DNA of 64,000 nt from Pocillopora damicornis. Lineage: Eukaryota. Below, one piece after another: positions 1 to 9,540 of the stretch (its first letter is position 1; every line of letters starts with the position of its first letter). The notes beneath the pieces are model-generated. The model had not been told where the DNA came from. It made no database searches and worked only from the letters and a program-made list of their open reading frames with translations. The stretch is taken from assembly GCF_003704095.1 (NCBI RefSeq), contig NW_020847569.1:434001-498000 (forward strand), in the 5' to 3' direction. A program made the translations under genes and the position numbers.

Positions 1-2
1 AT

Positions 3-2204
3 ATGATGCTTGGCTCTTCAACCACAAACGTTGAAATTTATCCAGCAACCCTTGCAGCAGTGAACGGAAAATTTGACATGAACATTGAACTAACGAAAGT
101 CCATAAGCCTCAACTCCTTACACTCGATAACCCTAATTACGAAAATCTGCTAAGTAAATACAGTCACCTCAAGGGAGTCAAGATTGAAGATAACGACACA
201 AGACCTCAAATTCCAATTCACGTAGTCTTAGGCGCCAGCGAGTATGCCACAGTCAAAACAAGTACCGCACAAAGAGTGGGAAAACCTGGGCAGCCTGTGG
301 CCGAGAAAACGCTCCTTGGATGGACCTTAATGTCACCGGGAAGAGAAGATGTTGGTAGTCCTGTGCTCCTAACGCAGTCAGCCTTAACAGATTATGAGCA
401 ACTGTGTGCCCTGGACGTACTTGGCCTCGCAGACACTCACGAGAACGACCAACAGGCAGTTTACGAAGAATTCAAAGAACAGCTTGAGAGAAACCCAGCC
501 GGCTGGTACCAAACAAGGTTGCCATGGAAAGGGACTCACCCTACACTGCCAACAAATGAAACTGGAAGNNNNNNNNNNNNNNNNNNNNNNNNNNNNNNNN
601 NNNAGCGAAATGGTCAATACGAAGAGTACGACTGCATAATTCAAGAACAACTTCAACAAGGAATTGTGGAGCCAGCACCTGACATTCCAACTGGAAAAGA
701 GTACTATATCCCGCATAAAGGAGTTGTCAGAGAGAATGCTGAAAGTACCAAGCTCCGAATTGTGTACGACGCGTCAGCAAGAGAGAAAGATAACCAGCCA
801 TCCTTAAATGACTGCCTCCACCCAGGGCCTCCACTCCAGAACCGTCTGTGGGACATCCTCGTGAGATCGAGATTCTACCCAATACTTCTAACGGGTGATC
901 TTAAGAAGGCATTTCTGCAAGTTCGAATAAAGAAAGAAGAACGAGATTCCTTACGTTTCCACTGGAAACCCCCAAGCAGTTCCAAAACCACCATCCTTCG
1001 TTTCACCCGAGCCCTATTCGGAATGACGTGCTCACCATTCCTCCTCGGTGGAGTTATCAATGACCATCTCAACACTTGGGAAAGTCATCACCCCGAGCTG
1101 ATTAAAGAAATTCGTGATGGTCTATATGTTGACGACCTAATGACCGGTGGCGAGACCGTCGAGCTCACTGCAGTGAAGAAAGTAATCACCACAGAAGTGT
1201 TTAAAGACGCCACATTCACCATTCACAAATGGCACTCTAACGCCTCAGAACTAGAAACAACCAGTGGCCCATCATCTGAAGAGTTGTCCTATGCTAAACA
1301 GCAACTTGGAGGAACAAAACCCTCAGAAGGCAAACTGTTAGGCCTTCCCTGGAATAGAGAAGAAGACACGATTAGCGTCATCATCCAGAGCGACCAGACC
1401 GAAACGACCAAGAGAGGAGTGCTGTCTCACCTAGCCAAAATCTATGACCCTCTGGGACTAGTGTCACCGGTAACACTTATTGGCAAACAGCTCTACCGCG
1501 ACATTTGTGACAGCAAAGTACCTTGGGATACTCAACTTCCAGGACCGTTGCTGAAACGCTGGAAGGACTGGAACAAGACACTAACCGAGAATTTCACAGC
1601 CCAGCGAGCACTTGCTCCCTTCCACCAACCGATTTTGAGCGTCACATTACACGCATTTGGTGATGCTAGTACAAAGGGCGTCAGTGCTGCAGTCTACGCT
1701 GTGGTCCATCAAGATCAAGGCGTCACTCAGCAACTAATTTGCGCGAAGTCAAGACTCGCAAAGAAGTCCCTAACGATACCAAGACTCGAGCTTGTTGCAG
1801 GTCATATGGCCGTTAACTTGGTAGCCAACGTACAAGCAGCCTTAAGTGTCCAACCATACAGCACCCATTGCTGGCTTGACTCAACCGTGGCACTCTACTG
1901 GATCAAAGGTCAAGGGGAGTATCGGCAATTCGTATCAAACCGAGTGAACAAGATCCAACAACACGAGTACGTCAGTTGGCATCACGTCCCAACCGAAGAC
2001 AATCCAGCAGACCTGGGGAGTCGAGGAGGGAATGTGGTCAACAACAACCTCTGGAATCATGGTCCAACCTGGCTTAGCGATACTGCAAAATGGCCACCTG
2101 ACATAATACTCGAACCTACGCCCGAAACCATGACTGAAGCCAAAGTGAAACGAGAAGTTCTCTCTGTTGCCGTTCCCAAACAAGATACACCACGTACTTA
2201 TTAA
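3..2204 (+). CDS. Bel/Pao polyprotein, protease-adjacent region + RT + RNase H (frameshifted at 3' end)
   Basis: ORF track 733 aa with the YVDD RT and Pao RNase H motifs; contains a 35-N gap. Confidence 0.9.
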   Translation: MMLGSSTTNVEIYPATLAAVNGKFDMNIELTKVHKPQLLTLDNPNYENLLSKYSHLKGVKIEDNDTRPQIPIHVVLGASEYATVKTSTAQRVGKPGQPVAEKTLLGWTLMSPGREDVGSPVLLTQSALTDYEQLCALDVLGLADTHENDQQAVYEEFKEQLERNPAGWYQTRLPWKGTHPTLPTNETGXXXXXXXXXXXXXRNGQYEEYDCIIQEQLQQGIVEPAPDIPTGKEYYIPHKGVVRENAESTKLRIVYDASAREKDNQPSLNDCLHPGPPLQNRLWDILVRSRFYPILLTGDLKKAFLQVRIKKEERDSLRFHWKPPSSSKTTILRFTRALFGMTCSPFLLGGVINDHLNTWESHHPELIKEIRDGLYVDDLMTGGETVELTAVKKVITTEVFKDATFTIHKWHSNASELETTSGPSSEELSYAKQQLGGTKPSEGKLLGLPWNREEDTISVIIQSDQTETTKRGVLSHLAKIYDPLGLVSPVTLIGKQLYRDICDSKVPWDTQLPGPLLKRWKDWNKTLTENFTAQRALAPFHQPILSVTLHAFGDASTKGVSAAVYAVVHQDQGVTQQLICAKSRLAKKSLTIPRLELVAGHMAVNLVANVQAALSVQPYSTHCWLDSTVALYWIKGQGEYRQFVSNRVNKIQQHEYVSWHHVPTEDNPADLGSRGGNVVNNNLWNHGPTWLSDTAKWPPDIILEPTPETMTEAKVKREVLSVAVPKQDTPRTY

Positions 2205-2290
2205 CCACTCATTACCAAGAGGTCTACGAATTGGAGCTTGGGTCTGGCGATTTGTTCATAACTGCAGAGGAAAGCCACTGAAAAGAAGGA

Positions 2291-3721
2291 GTGGTCCAAT
2301 CAACACTGAAGAGATTCAACAACAAGAGCTTTTGGATCAAACAAGCCCAACAATCGGCGCTCCAGCTAGCCAATTTTGAAGAAGACAGACTGCAGTTAAA
2401 CCTTCAGTACAACGATCAGAAGGTCTTAGAATGCCGAGGACGTATCATGGGAGAATATCCGATCTATCTTCCAGATGAGCATCCCTTCACCGCGAAGTTG
2501 GTCTTTAATGCCCACCTTTCCACCCTGCATGGAGGGGTTGGGCTCACCATGGCAAAGATACGCGAGAAATACTGGATACCCCGCCTACGACGCCTAGTAA
2601 AGAAGCTAAGAGGTAGCTGCTACGGGTGCAAAAGATTCCGAGCCAGAGCCTACCAAGCACCACCGCCAGGGAATCTACCCCGAACCAGAACAGAAGGTTC
2701 AAGGCCTTTTCAAGTGATAGGAGTTGACTTCGCAGGACCAATACGCTACACGTCTAGAGCCAAAACCGAAAGCAAGGCCTATTTGGTGTTGTATGCTTGC
2801 AGCCTGACCAGAGCAGTTCACCTTGACCTGTCAAAATCCCTGGAAACATCAGAGTTCATAGCGAGCCTCAAGCGGTTCATAGCTCGAAGAGGGAGACCGG
2901 AAATGATCTATTCCGACAATGGATCCACTTTCAAGGCCGCCGAGAAATGGTTACTACAGGTGCAAAAAGAGGAAAGGTTCCATGAGATCCTAGCTGACCT
3001 GGCAATTAAGTGGCGTTTCAACCTGAGTCGCGCCCCATGGTGGGGAGGTCAATTCGAACGCCTTATTGGCCTATTCAAAGGTGCCTTCTACAAAACCATT
3101 GGCAATGGGACTCTCCGCTGGCCTGAATTGGAAGAAGTAGTACTTGACGTCGAAGTAGCGCTCAACAACCGCCCCTTGAGCTACCTCGAAGACGACATCC
3201 AGCTTCCAGTGCTGACGCCCAACTCCATGCTGAGCATCAACCCGAATTACCTCCCAGAACTACAAGCACACCATGCACCAGAAGGCGATCTGAGGAAAAG
3301 GGCTAAATTTCTATTGAAGTGCAAGGATGTTATGTGGAAAAGATGGACAGCAGAATACATGAGAAGTCTACGAGAGAGCCACCGTAGAGCAGGAGGGAAG
3401 CAAAGGCCCCATCCTAACATCGGAGATGTCGTCATCATTCGAGGTGACAGCAAAAACCGTAACCAATCGAAACTGGCAATTGTCATCGACCTCATTCGAG
3501 GAAAAGATAGCATTGTTAGAGCCGCTAAGTTGAAAGTAGGCAAAGACCACCTCGAGCGTGCATCCCAACACCTTTACCCTTTGGAGTTAGCATGTACCCA
3601 ATGGCCATCGAGTTCAACGCTCAACCCATCTGCCCCCGAGTTCCAGGCAAGGCCTCGAAGGGATGCTGCTGCTGCCGCAGCAGTTCGCGTTCAACAGATC
3701 GCCGAACAATCAGAACACTGA
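2291..3721 (+). CDS. Bel/Pao integrase (Zn-binding, DDE core, C-terminal domain)
   Basis: HLSTLHGGV...CYGC, VDFAGP, SDNG, FERLIG, WKRWTAEY, RASQHLYPLE. Confidence 0.9.
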   Translation: MVQSTLKRFNNKSFWIKQAQQSALQLANFEEDRLQLNLQYNDQKVLECRGRIMGEYPIYLPDEHPFTAKLVFNAHLSTLHGGVGLTMAKIREKYWIPRLRRLVKKLRGSCYGCKRFRARAYQAPPPGNLPRTRTEGSRPFQVIGVDFAGPIRYTSRAKTESKAYLVLYACSLTRAVHLDLSKSLETSEFIASLKRFIARRGRPEMIYSDNGSTFKAAEKWLLQVQKEERFHEILADLAIKWRFNLSRAPWWGGQFERLIGLFKGAFYKTIGNGTLRWPELEEVVLDVEVALNNRPLSYLEDDIQLPVLTPNSMLSINPNYLPELQAHHAPEGDLRKRAKFLLKCKDVMWKRWTAEYMRSLRESHRRAGGKQRPHPNIGDVVIIRGDSKNRNQSKLAIVIDLIRGKDSIVRAAKLKVGKDHLERASQHLYPLELACTQWPSSSTLNPSAPEFQARPRRDAAAAAAVRVQQIAEQSEH

Positions 3722-4499
3722 ACGTCGGCCGTATTAGGTCAACTTTATCTTGAACGTTTCAAACAACGAACACTTATTCTAGGTTACCGCTTTATTCGCC
3801 TTTGTTTTGTTCGAAGCTCTGTGCCCAGTCCAAGTAAACATGTAATTCCCTTCCAGGGACATTCATGGGGGAGGGTGTCGAGGACTGGGGCACATATTAC
3901 GTAATTATGTAACCCGTGACAACGGAAGCNNNNNNNNNNNNNNNNNNNNNNNNNNNNNNNNNNNNNNNNNNNNNNNNNNNNNNNNNNNNNNNNNNNNNNN
4001 NNNNNNNNNNNNNNNNNNNNNNNNNNNNNAAGGGGGGAAATTAGATTGTTTTTAGCAAAATCACCAAAAACATATTATATTGTAAATGGGCAAATTCAAG
4101 AAGATCAGAGAATGTTAATTGAGAAACTATCAATCGATTTCAGTCGCCAACCTGTAACTATTCAATCATAGATATTATGATAGCACTGAAAATGAAATTA
4201 ACTGTAATGGCTTTAGGGAAAGTAAGGGGTTCCGCTTGAATGCAAAAGCTACTAAGAATATGACCAATAAGTGAGTTGAATGTACAAAATATAGATGGCC
4301 CCTATCTATTGACCCAAGGATTAATCCACAGTGATGAATTTTCTTTTATTTACAAAGTTAATTATAATTTGTTGAGTTGATGTGTTTTCACTGCACTCTT
4401 TGATTATCAAGTAGCTTTTCATGTGAGTTTGTTTATATAATTTTGAATGTGTAAGGGAGTCCCTCTTAGAGTAACTAAAGCCATTTCATGCTCCCAGAA

Positions 4500-6423
4500 T
4501 ACTAAATATTTCGTGTTTTCTCATTGACAAATTCCTCCAGTTGTTTGATTAGTTCAGTCTTATTTTTGTTGCTGAATCCTTTAGCATTTCTCTTCTTTAA
4601 TTCGTCTTTCAATTGCTTCACTGTCATATAAGAACAGCTAGTGTCAGTGGTAATAGATTCAGGGAGGGGATGTTCATTTTGAGCTTCAATAGATTGCTAA
4701 AGAGGATCTTGACTTAAATTTATTCGTGCCTTTTTTCGGTTTTCTTTAATTTCAACATCCCAGTAGCTGTCCTTGCGCTTCATGTAATTGCGTACTTCCC
4801 GCTCGTGTTCTTTAAGCTCCCACTGACGTTGCTCTTGTCGCAGAACATCTCCTGCAGAATCCCACTTGTTGGACTTTCTCAGAATTATTGCACGAGCTAC
4901 ATCATTGTTCTTTTCAACTCCTTGTCCTGTAAATATTGTAACTCTCGGTTCCATTGACAATGCCAAGAGTTATGTTTCTTTTTGCAGACATAACGGTCTG
5001 ATCTTCCTTTCGTGTTGAACTATTAGGGTTAACTGTCAAAGAATCAGACAGTGATGTGGTTCACAACATCACAAGTAAACCCATCTGTCAAGATTCAGCC
5101 ACTCAAGCAGAAGGAGAAAGAAAGTATAGTACCTTGTCTGCACAAGAAAAAGAGAATGTTGAAAAATCCTTTTCTTTTTAGACAAATTTTGTGTGGGGGA
5201 TTCATTTTACCACGAAATTTCCATGATCACTGATAGTCTACCAAGGTCCTACTTGGTCAAACAATGCCGTGATGACCTGAACAAAATGTGCAAAATTGAA
5301 CCACTAAATGCTCAGTTTGAAGGGGCTAAAGTAACTTCCGTTGAAACTTTGTTTAAAATACATATCTCTGATTTCCTGAAGCACTTTGACCCCATCACTG
5401 ATAAAATCAAAATCAAAATCAATGGTGATGGTGCAAGAATGACGTGAAATTCAAATTTTATTTTACCTTCATTTTCTATTCTGCAAACAGAGTAGTAAAT
5501 AAAAGTTTTCAAGGTCTTGAACTTATTTATCACAGTTGAAAGAGGTTTTCCTTGGTATGAACTAATTCCCATTGAATTTTCCAATGATGCAATATAATCT
5601 TCAAGCTCTTTGTTTGTTTTCTGCAAAACTTGGGTTTCATTTTCCTTTTGGTTCACTGCCAGCACTGTCGGGGACTGGGGCACATATTACGTAATTATGT
5701 AACCCGTGACAACGGAAGCACGTGCTTATTATTGAGAGCCTGCCCCCCTTTAAGTTGTTAATTCGAATCTATTGGACAGAGAGGTAGATTGACCGTGATT
5801 GTGCGAAGACCTTGTGAATCTTGCGATTATTAAACACGTTAACATCAAATTTGTGACTTGTCTTGGATACTGTCTCCAGCGGCCGGAGGAGTCCAGCAAA
5901 GCACCATTTCCTCATAGATTCTTTCCTTCTCCAACTCTAAATCTTCATAGGCCTTTTTCCAATCTTGTAGTTCATTTTGTATGTTTTCAATTTCTTGATA
6001 GAGTTCATGAACAGGTTTTATTGGACCCTTCATAACATGAAACTTTCGGACTCGATATTCCAATTTTTTTCTTGCCCTGCCCTTAGTTTTTTGTAATCTA
6101 ATGAAATTTTATAAGCAATATTTAACAAGCTTTCTTCAATTCCAACTCGTATATTTTCATCATCGCTAAAGGCAAAGCATTGCCCGAATGAGCACTTTTC
6201 CACCAAATCTATGTAGCTGAACCTTTTTGCCGTAGGTGAGTTTTCTGCTGCACTTGTAGAAGGAGAATTTGCCTGTATCTCTTCACATCCGCTTGACAAA
6301 TCATAACCGAAGTGCTACGCGACAGAACGTTTCGTTCTTGAACAATTTTATGCCATTCGCTTAAAAGAGGATAAGGAATTTCCAAAGTAAAAAGCACTCT
6401 TTTCTCTTTTTCCCTCGCCTCAT
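4500..6423 (-). pseudogene. Degenerate Transib/RAG1-core-like DDE transposase, copy 1 (internal inversion and deletion, solo-LTR insertion)
   Basis: Minus strand carries the N-terminus (LFTLEIPYPLL..., 6423-5497) and the C-terminus (FTGQGVEKNNDVAR, 4950-4700; a SAP-like helix pair MTVKQLKDELKRR...KNKTELIKQL at about 4520-4630). The plus strand (about 4967-5492) carries the middle part (LDKFCVGDSFYHE...KIKIKINGDGARMT). Colinear with copy 2. Confidence 0.7.
5666..5898 (+). mobile_element. Solo LTR (~233 bp, TG...CA) of the Bel/Pao element
   Basis: First 54 nt match 3876-3929 with one mismatch. Flanked by AGCAC at 5661-5665 and 5900-5904 (or 6-bp CAGCAC/AAGCAC). Removing it rejoins EEMVL|AVNQKE in the host ORF. 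Confidence 0.92.
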
Positions 6424-6769
6424 ATCTTAATTCCGGTTGAGTGAATCAGATTGCATCCTTAAAACGCGAGCAACATTGACTAAATCCGTCGCTCATTTTA
6501 CTTGCAAATTTTCGGAGATTGTGTGACACCATTGCACAATTTATTAAAGCACGGTTACATAGGTCAAGTAAAGCATTTTGGGATTCAAGATGGAGGACGA
6601 AGGGGCTAGAAATTACGGTTTACTGTCGAATAAAAACACGGCGTTTCCCCGAAATTTTTCTTGGGTTTTAAAAATGGCGTCACATTGAGGACTATTCAGC
6701 AGTATTTGGGCTGTTTTTGCACCAAGTTTGGAACCGATTTAGTGGCTTCAATAGCTCCTAATTTTGCAT

Positions 6770-7500
6770 TACAAATGAAGTTTAGCATGTGAACAAATCA
6801 GTTCGATCTGGAAGAATATTCCTGTGAACCAACGAAGTGGGGTGATTTTCCTGGGCCCAGGAGGATATGCTCCGGTTTGCCGGACTGAAGGGTGATCCGG
6901 GTACGACAAAGAGGAAGATCTTGAACCAAGCATTCTCTGTTTGGGATCCACGAGGACTCCTCCTTCCATTCACTATCAAAAGTAAGATCATCCTGCAGAG
7001 TCTGAATCGTATGAAGTACGGGTGGGATGATGAGTTGAAAGACGCTGATCTTCATGAGTGGCGTGAATGGCACAGGGAAACAGAGAAGCTTGACGAAGTG
7101 AGAATTCCAAGAACTGAAACCTATCCGAGAAACAGAACTTCATGTATTTTGTGACGCCAGCCAGGATGCCTATGGTGCGTGTGCGTACCTGAGACGTGCG
7201 TTTACAGATGACACAGTAGAGTGTAGTCTTATTGCGGAAAAGGCCGTGTTTCCCCTTTAAAGTTACTGTCTATTTGCCGGCTGGAGCTCATGGGAGCTCT
7301 AATAGCTGTGCGATTAGCTGAAACACTGGTGAACGAAATGACCGCAAAGATAGAGAAGATAATCTTCTGAAGTGACTCCACCACAGTCTTGTATTGGATC
7401 CGCCAGATAAGTTCCACTTATAAAGCATTTGTCGGCAACCGGGTGTCTGAGGTTCACACAATTATGAGCAATCTGGAGACCATACTGGGGGCGGGCACAT
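6770..7500 (+). mobile_element. Degenerate Bel/Pao RT-RNase H fragment from a second lineage
   Basis: TKRKIL...WDPRGLLLPF...GWDD, LHVFCDASQDAYG, ICRLELMGA, SDSTTVLYWI, FVGNRVSE; contains frameshifts and stops. Confidence 0.88.
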
Positions 7501-7593
7501 TTCAATGTTAAAAAAAAATACAACTAACTATATGAGAAAAATATGTTCCCAGGTTATGAGTATACAAGTCAGTTTGTAAGTTGTATGCACCAG

Positions 7594-7760
7594 GAGATTG
7601 CTCACGGCTAGAACATGTGGATTGGTAGTTCAGACCCATGCTGAACAGGTCGAAGGGTAGAGACCAGGCAAAGTGTGATCCCCTGATGCTAAAAGTTGGG
7701 AGTTGGGTTCTAGACAGTTAACCCAACCCAATAAAAATTAAACATTAGAAGAGTCAACCT
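7594..7760 (+). mobile_element. Possible 5' UTR fragment of an RTE-type LINE
   Basis: caggtcgaagggtagagaccagg...gttgggagttggg...aacccaacccaataaaa resembles the conserved RTE 5' UTR; recognition from memory only. Confidence 0.3.
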
Positions 7761-7932
7761 CGATTAAAAAAATCCAGGCAGGTAGTGTTTGTGACCTGAT
7801 GTGCTGGTCAGACTTGACCTCCCAAGAGTCCGGCAACCAAGCACCAACGGCAAAACAGGCGGATGAAGACACAATTTCCTAGCGGCAGCGAAGACGGAAG
7901 AGAGCGACACCCCGTGCCTCCGAGGAAGGTTT

Positions 7933-9060
7933 TTGAGCCAGAGGCTAAGAGAAGGACACTGCATTCAAACGAAACCAGAGCCGAGGAGTTATGCAACAAC
8001 ATGTGAAGAAATGCCTGCTTTTTTTGCTTTGAATGATTTGTTTGGAATCAAGTCATTACCGGAAACAAGAGTGTACTGGTCTAAAGACAACTTTGTTGGT
8101 GTTCCAACCGTCCAAAAAGTCAAGGCAAGGAATCGCTTCGACAAGATTCGACAGTATCTCAGTTTGAACAATCGTCTATACATGTTAACGCGAGATGACC
8201 CTGGTTATGCTAAGCTATTCAAGGTGCGTTCTTTGTTAGATAGACTTGACAGCAGAATCCACGAAGAATATCAGCCATCGAAGTTCATTTCAATAGATGA
8301 ATGGTCAAGTATGAAGGAAGACGGCTTCAAACAATACAAGCACATGAAGCCTGTGAAACGGGGAAGTAAAGTATGGGTTCGTAGCGATGCGACAAATGGT
8401 TTCGTTAGCGCCATGCAAGTTTACACGGGCAAAAAGAGTGGCGGCCAGCCCAAACACGGTCTCGGAATCGTGATGTTTCCGACCTAGTGAGCGATCTGAT
8501 GGGGAAAAATTATCACATCTTTTGCGATAACTTTTTCACTTCTGTTCGACTGGCTGAAGATTTTCTTTCCGACAAACTGTACCTTTGCGGAACAACACTG
8601 GCGAAACTGTCTTTCGTCGGTGAGGAAACATTGTTACATCTGTGTGGAAGGACAAGAAAGCCGTGTCTTTTATAGGTACTCAATGCGATGCAAGGGGAGC
8701 CGAAACCGTGAGAAGAAAGCAAAAGGATGGAACGTATATCGAAGCTCCCTCTCTAAGTTAGGTTATTATTTAGGAAGTCTGTAGATGATTTTTTCGGTAT
8801 AGTGTGTAGTTTAGGTAGGTTCGCGCTAGTTATATTACCATAAGTGACGAAGTCATTTTTAGCTCATTTTTAATTTGTTGTTTTTTTGATAACAGTACTC
8901 TTGCACTGTAGGGCTATCCTGTATAAATATTCGTGGTAGAGCTCTACAACCAGTGCATGGGGAGAGTCGATCACAGTAATCAAATGAGGCAATACTATGA
9001 TACATCACGAAAGGCAATCAAATGGTGGCGGTACCTGTTATGGTTTTGTTTGGATGTAAG
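7933..9060 (+). pseudogene. Degenerate piggyBac (PGBD4-like) transposase
   Basis: RNRFDKIRQYL, LFKVRSLLD, ISIDE, FKQY..MKPVKRGSKVW, VYTGK, IFCDNFFTSV, LCGT, YNQCMGRVDHSNQM, KWWRYL; frameshifted with deletions. Confidence 0.9.
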
Positions 9061-9129
9061 TGTCACCCGCATGAAGTTCTTAAGGGCGATTTGCGAGCCT
9101 AAACTGGCGGGGAAACATATACGAATATC

Positions 9130-9540
9130 ATTCCACATAACTAATATGTGCAAAGCTCTGTTTTTCTATTAACATAACATCAGAAGAATCAAGAAATCTT
9201 TATCCTGGGACAATGGGCAGCGCCGCACCTGTGAAGTGCGCTCCTTCTTAATATTTGATTTATTTGTTCCATTTTATGTTTTAACACCGCTGTGAAGACC
9301 TGTCTTTTAAGACCATGTTCTCTTCATGCTAGTTTTTGGATTGATGTATATTTTCGGAGTTCATTGATAACTAGATTTTTCGATCATCTTACTATTATTC
9401 ATGACATTCATACATTGTAATTTAGCACTTTTTTACATTCGTAGATGTTCGTTACTATTTCTCCTGTAAAAATTTACCATTAATATATGTGTTGTAAATA
9501 GCGCTATATAAGCAATAAACTTTTATCAAGTTATTATTCA
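9130..9540 (+). mobile_element. CR1/L2-type LINE 3' fragment
   Basis: HITNMCKALFFY*HNIRRIKKSL resembles the L2/CR1 RT C-terminal region; the tail reads tgtaaatagcgctatataagcaataaa...ttattatt. Confidence 0.55.

Larger units (their letters stand above)
1..3929 (+). mobile_element. Bel/Pao LTR retrotransposon (pol region, polypurine tract, start of 3' LTR); 5' part lies outside the window
   Basis: Motifs: RT (YYIPHKGV, KLRIVYDAS, LNDCLHPGP, GDLKKAFLQV, FGMTCSPF, YVDD), Pao RNase H (LHAFGDAS, AKSRL, TIPRLEL, DSTVALYWI, NPADLGSRG), integrase (H-x4-H...C-x2-C, GVDFAGP, SDNGSTF, APWWGGQFERL). Two frameshifts at about 2190 and 2330. PPT ggggggaggg-like purine run at 3867-3875 is followed by an LTR starting TGTCG at 3876, cut off by the N gap. 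Confidence 0.95.

Noticed and set aside
4327-4333. CACAGTG (RSS heptamer) downstream of RAG1-like copy 1
   Set aside because: No nonamer at 12/23 spacing and no matching inverted end found; a 7-mer is expected by chance.
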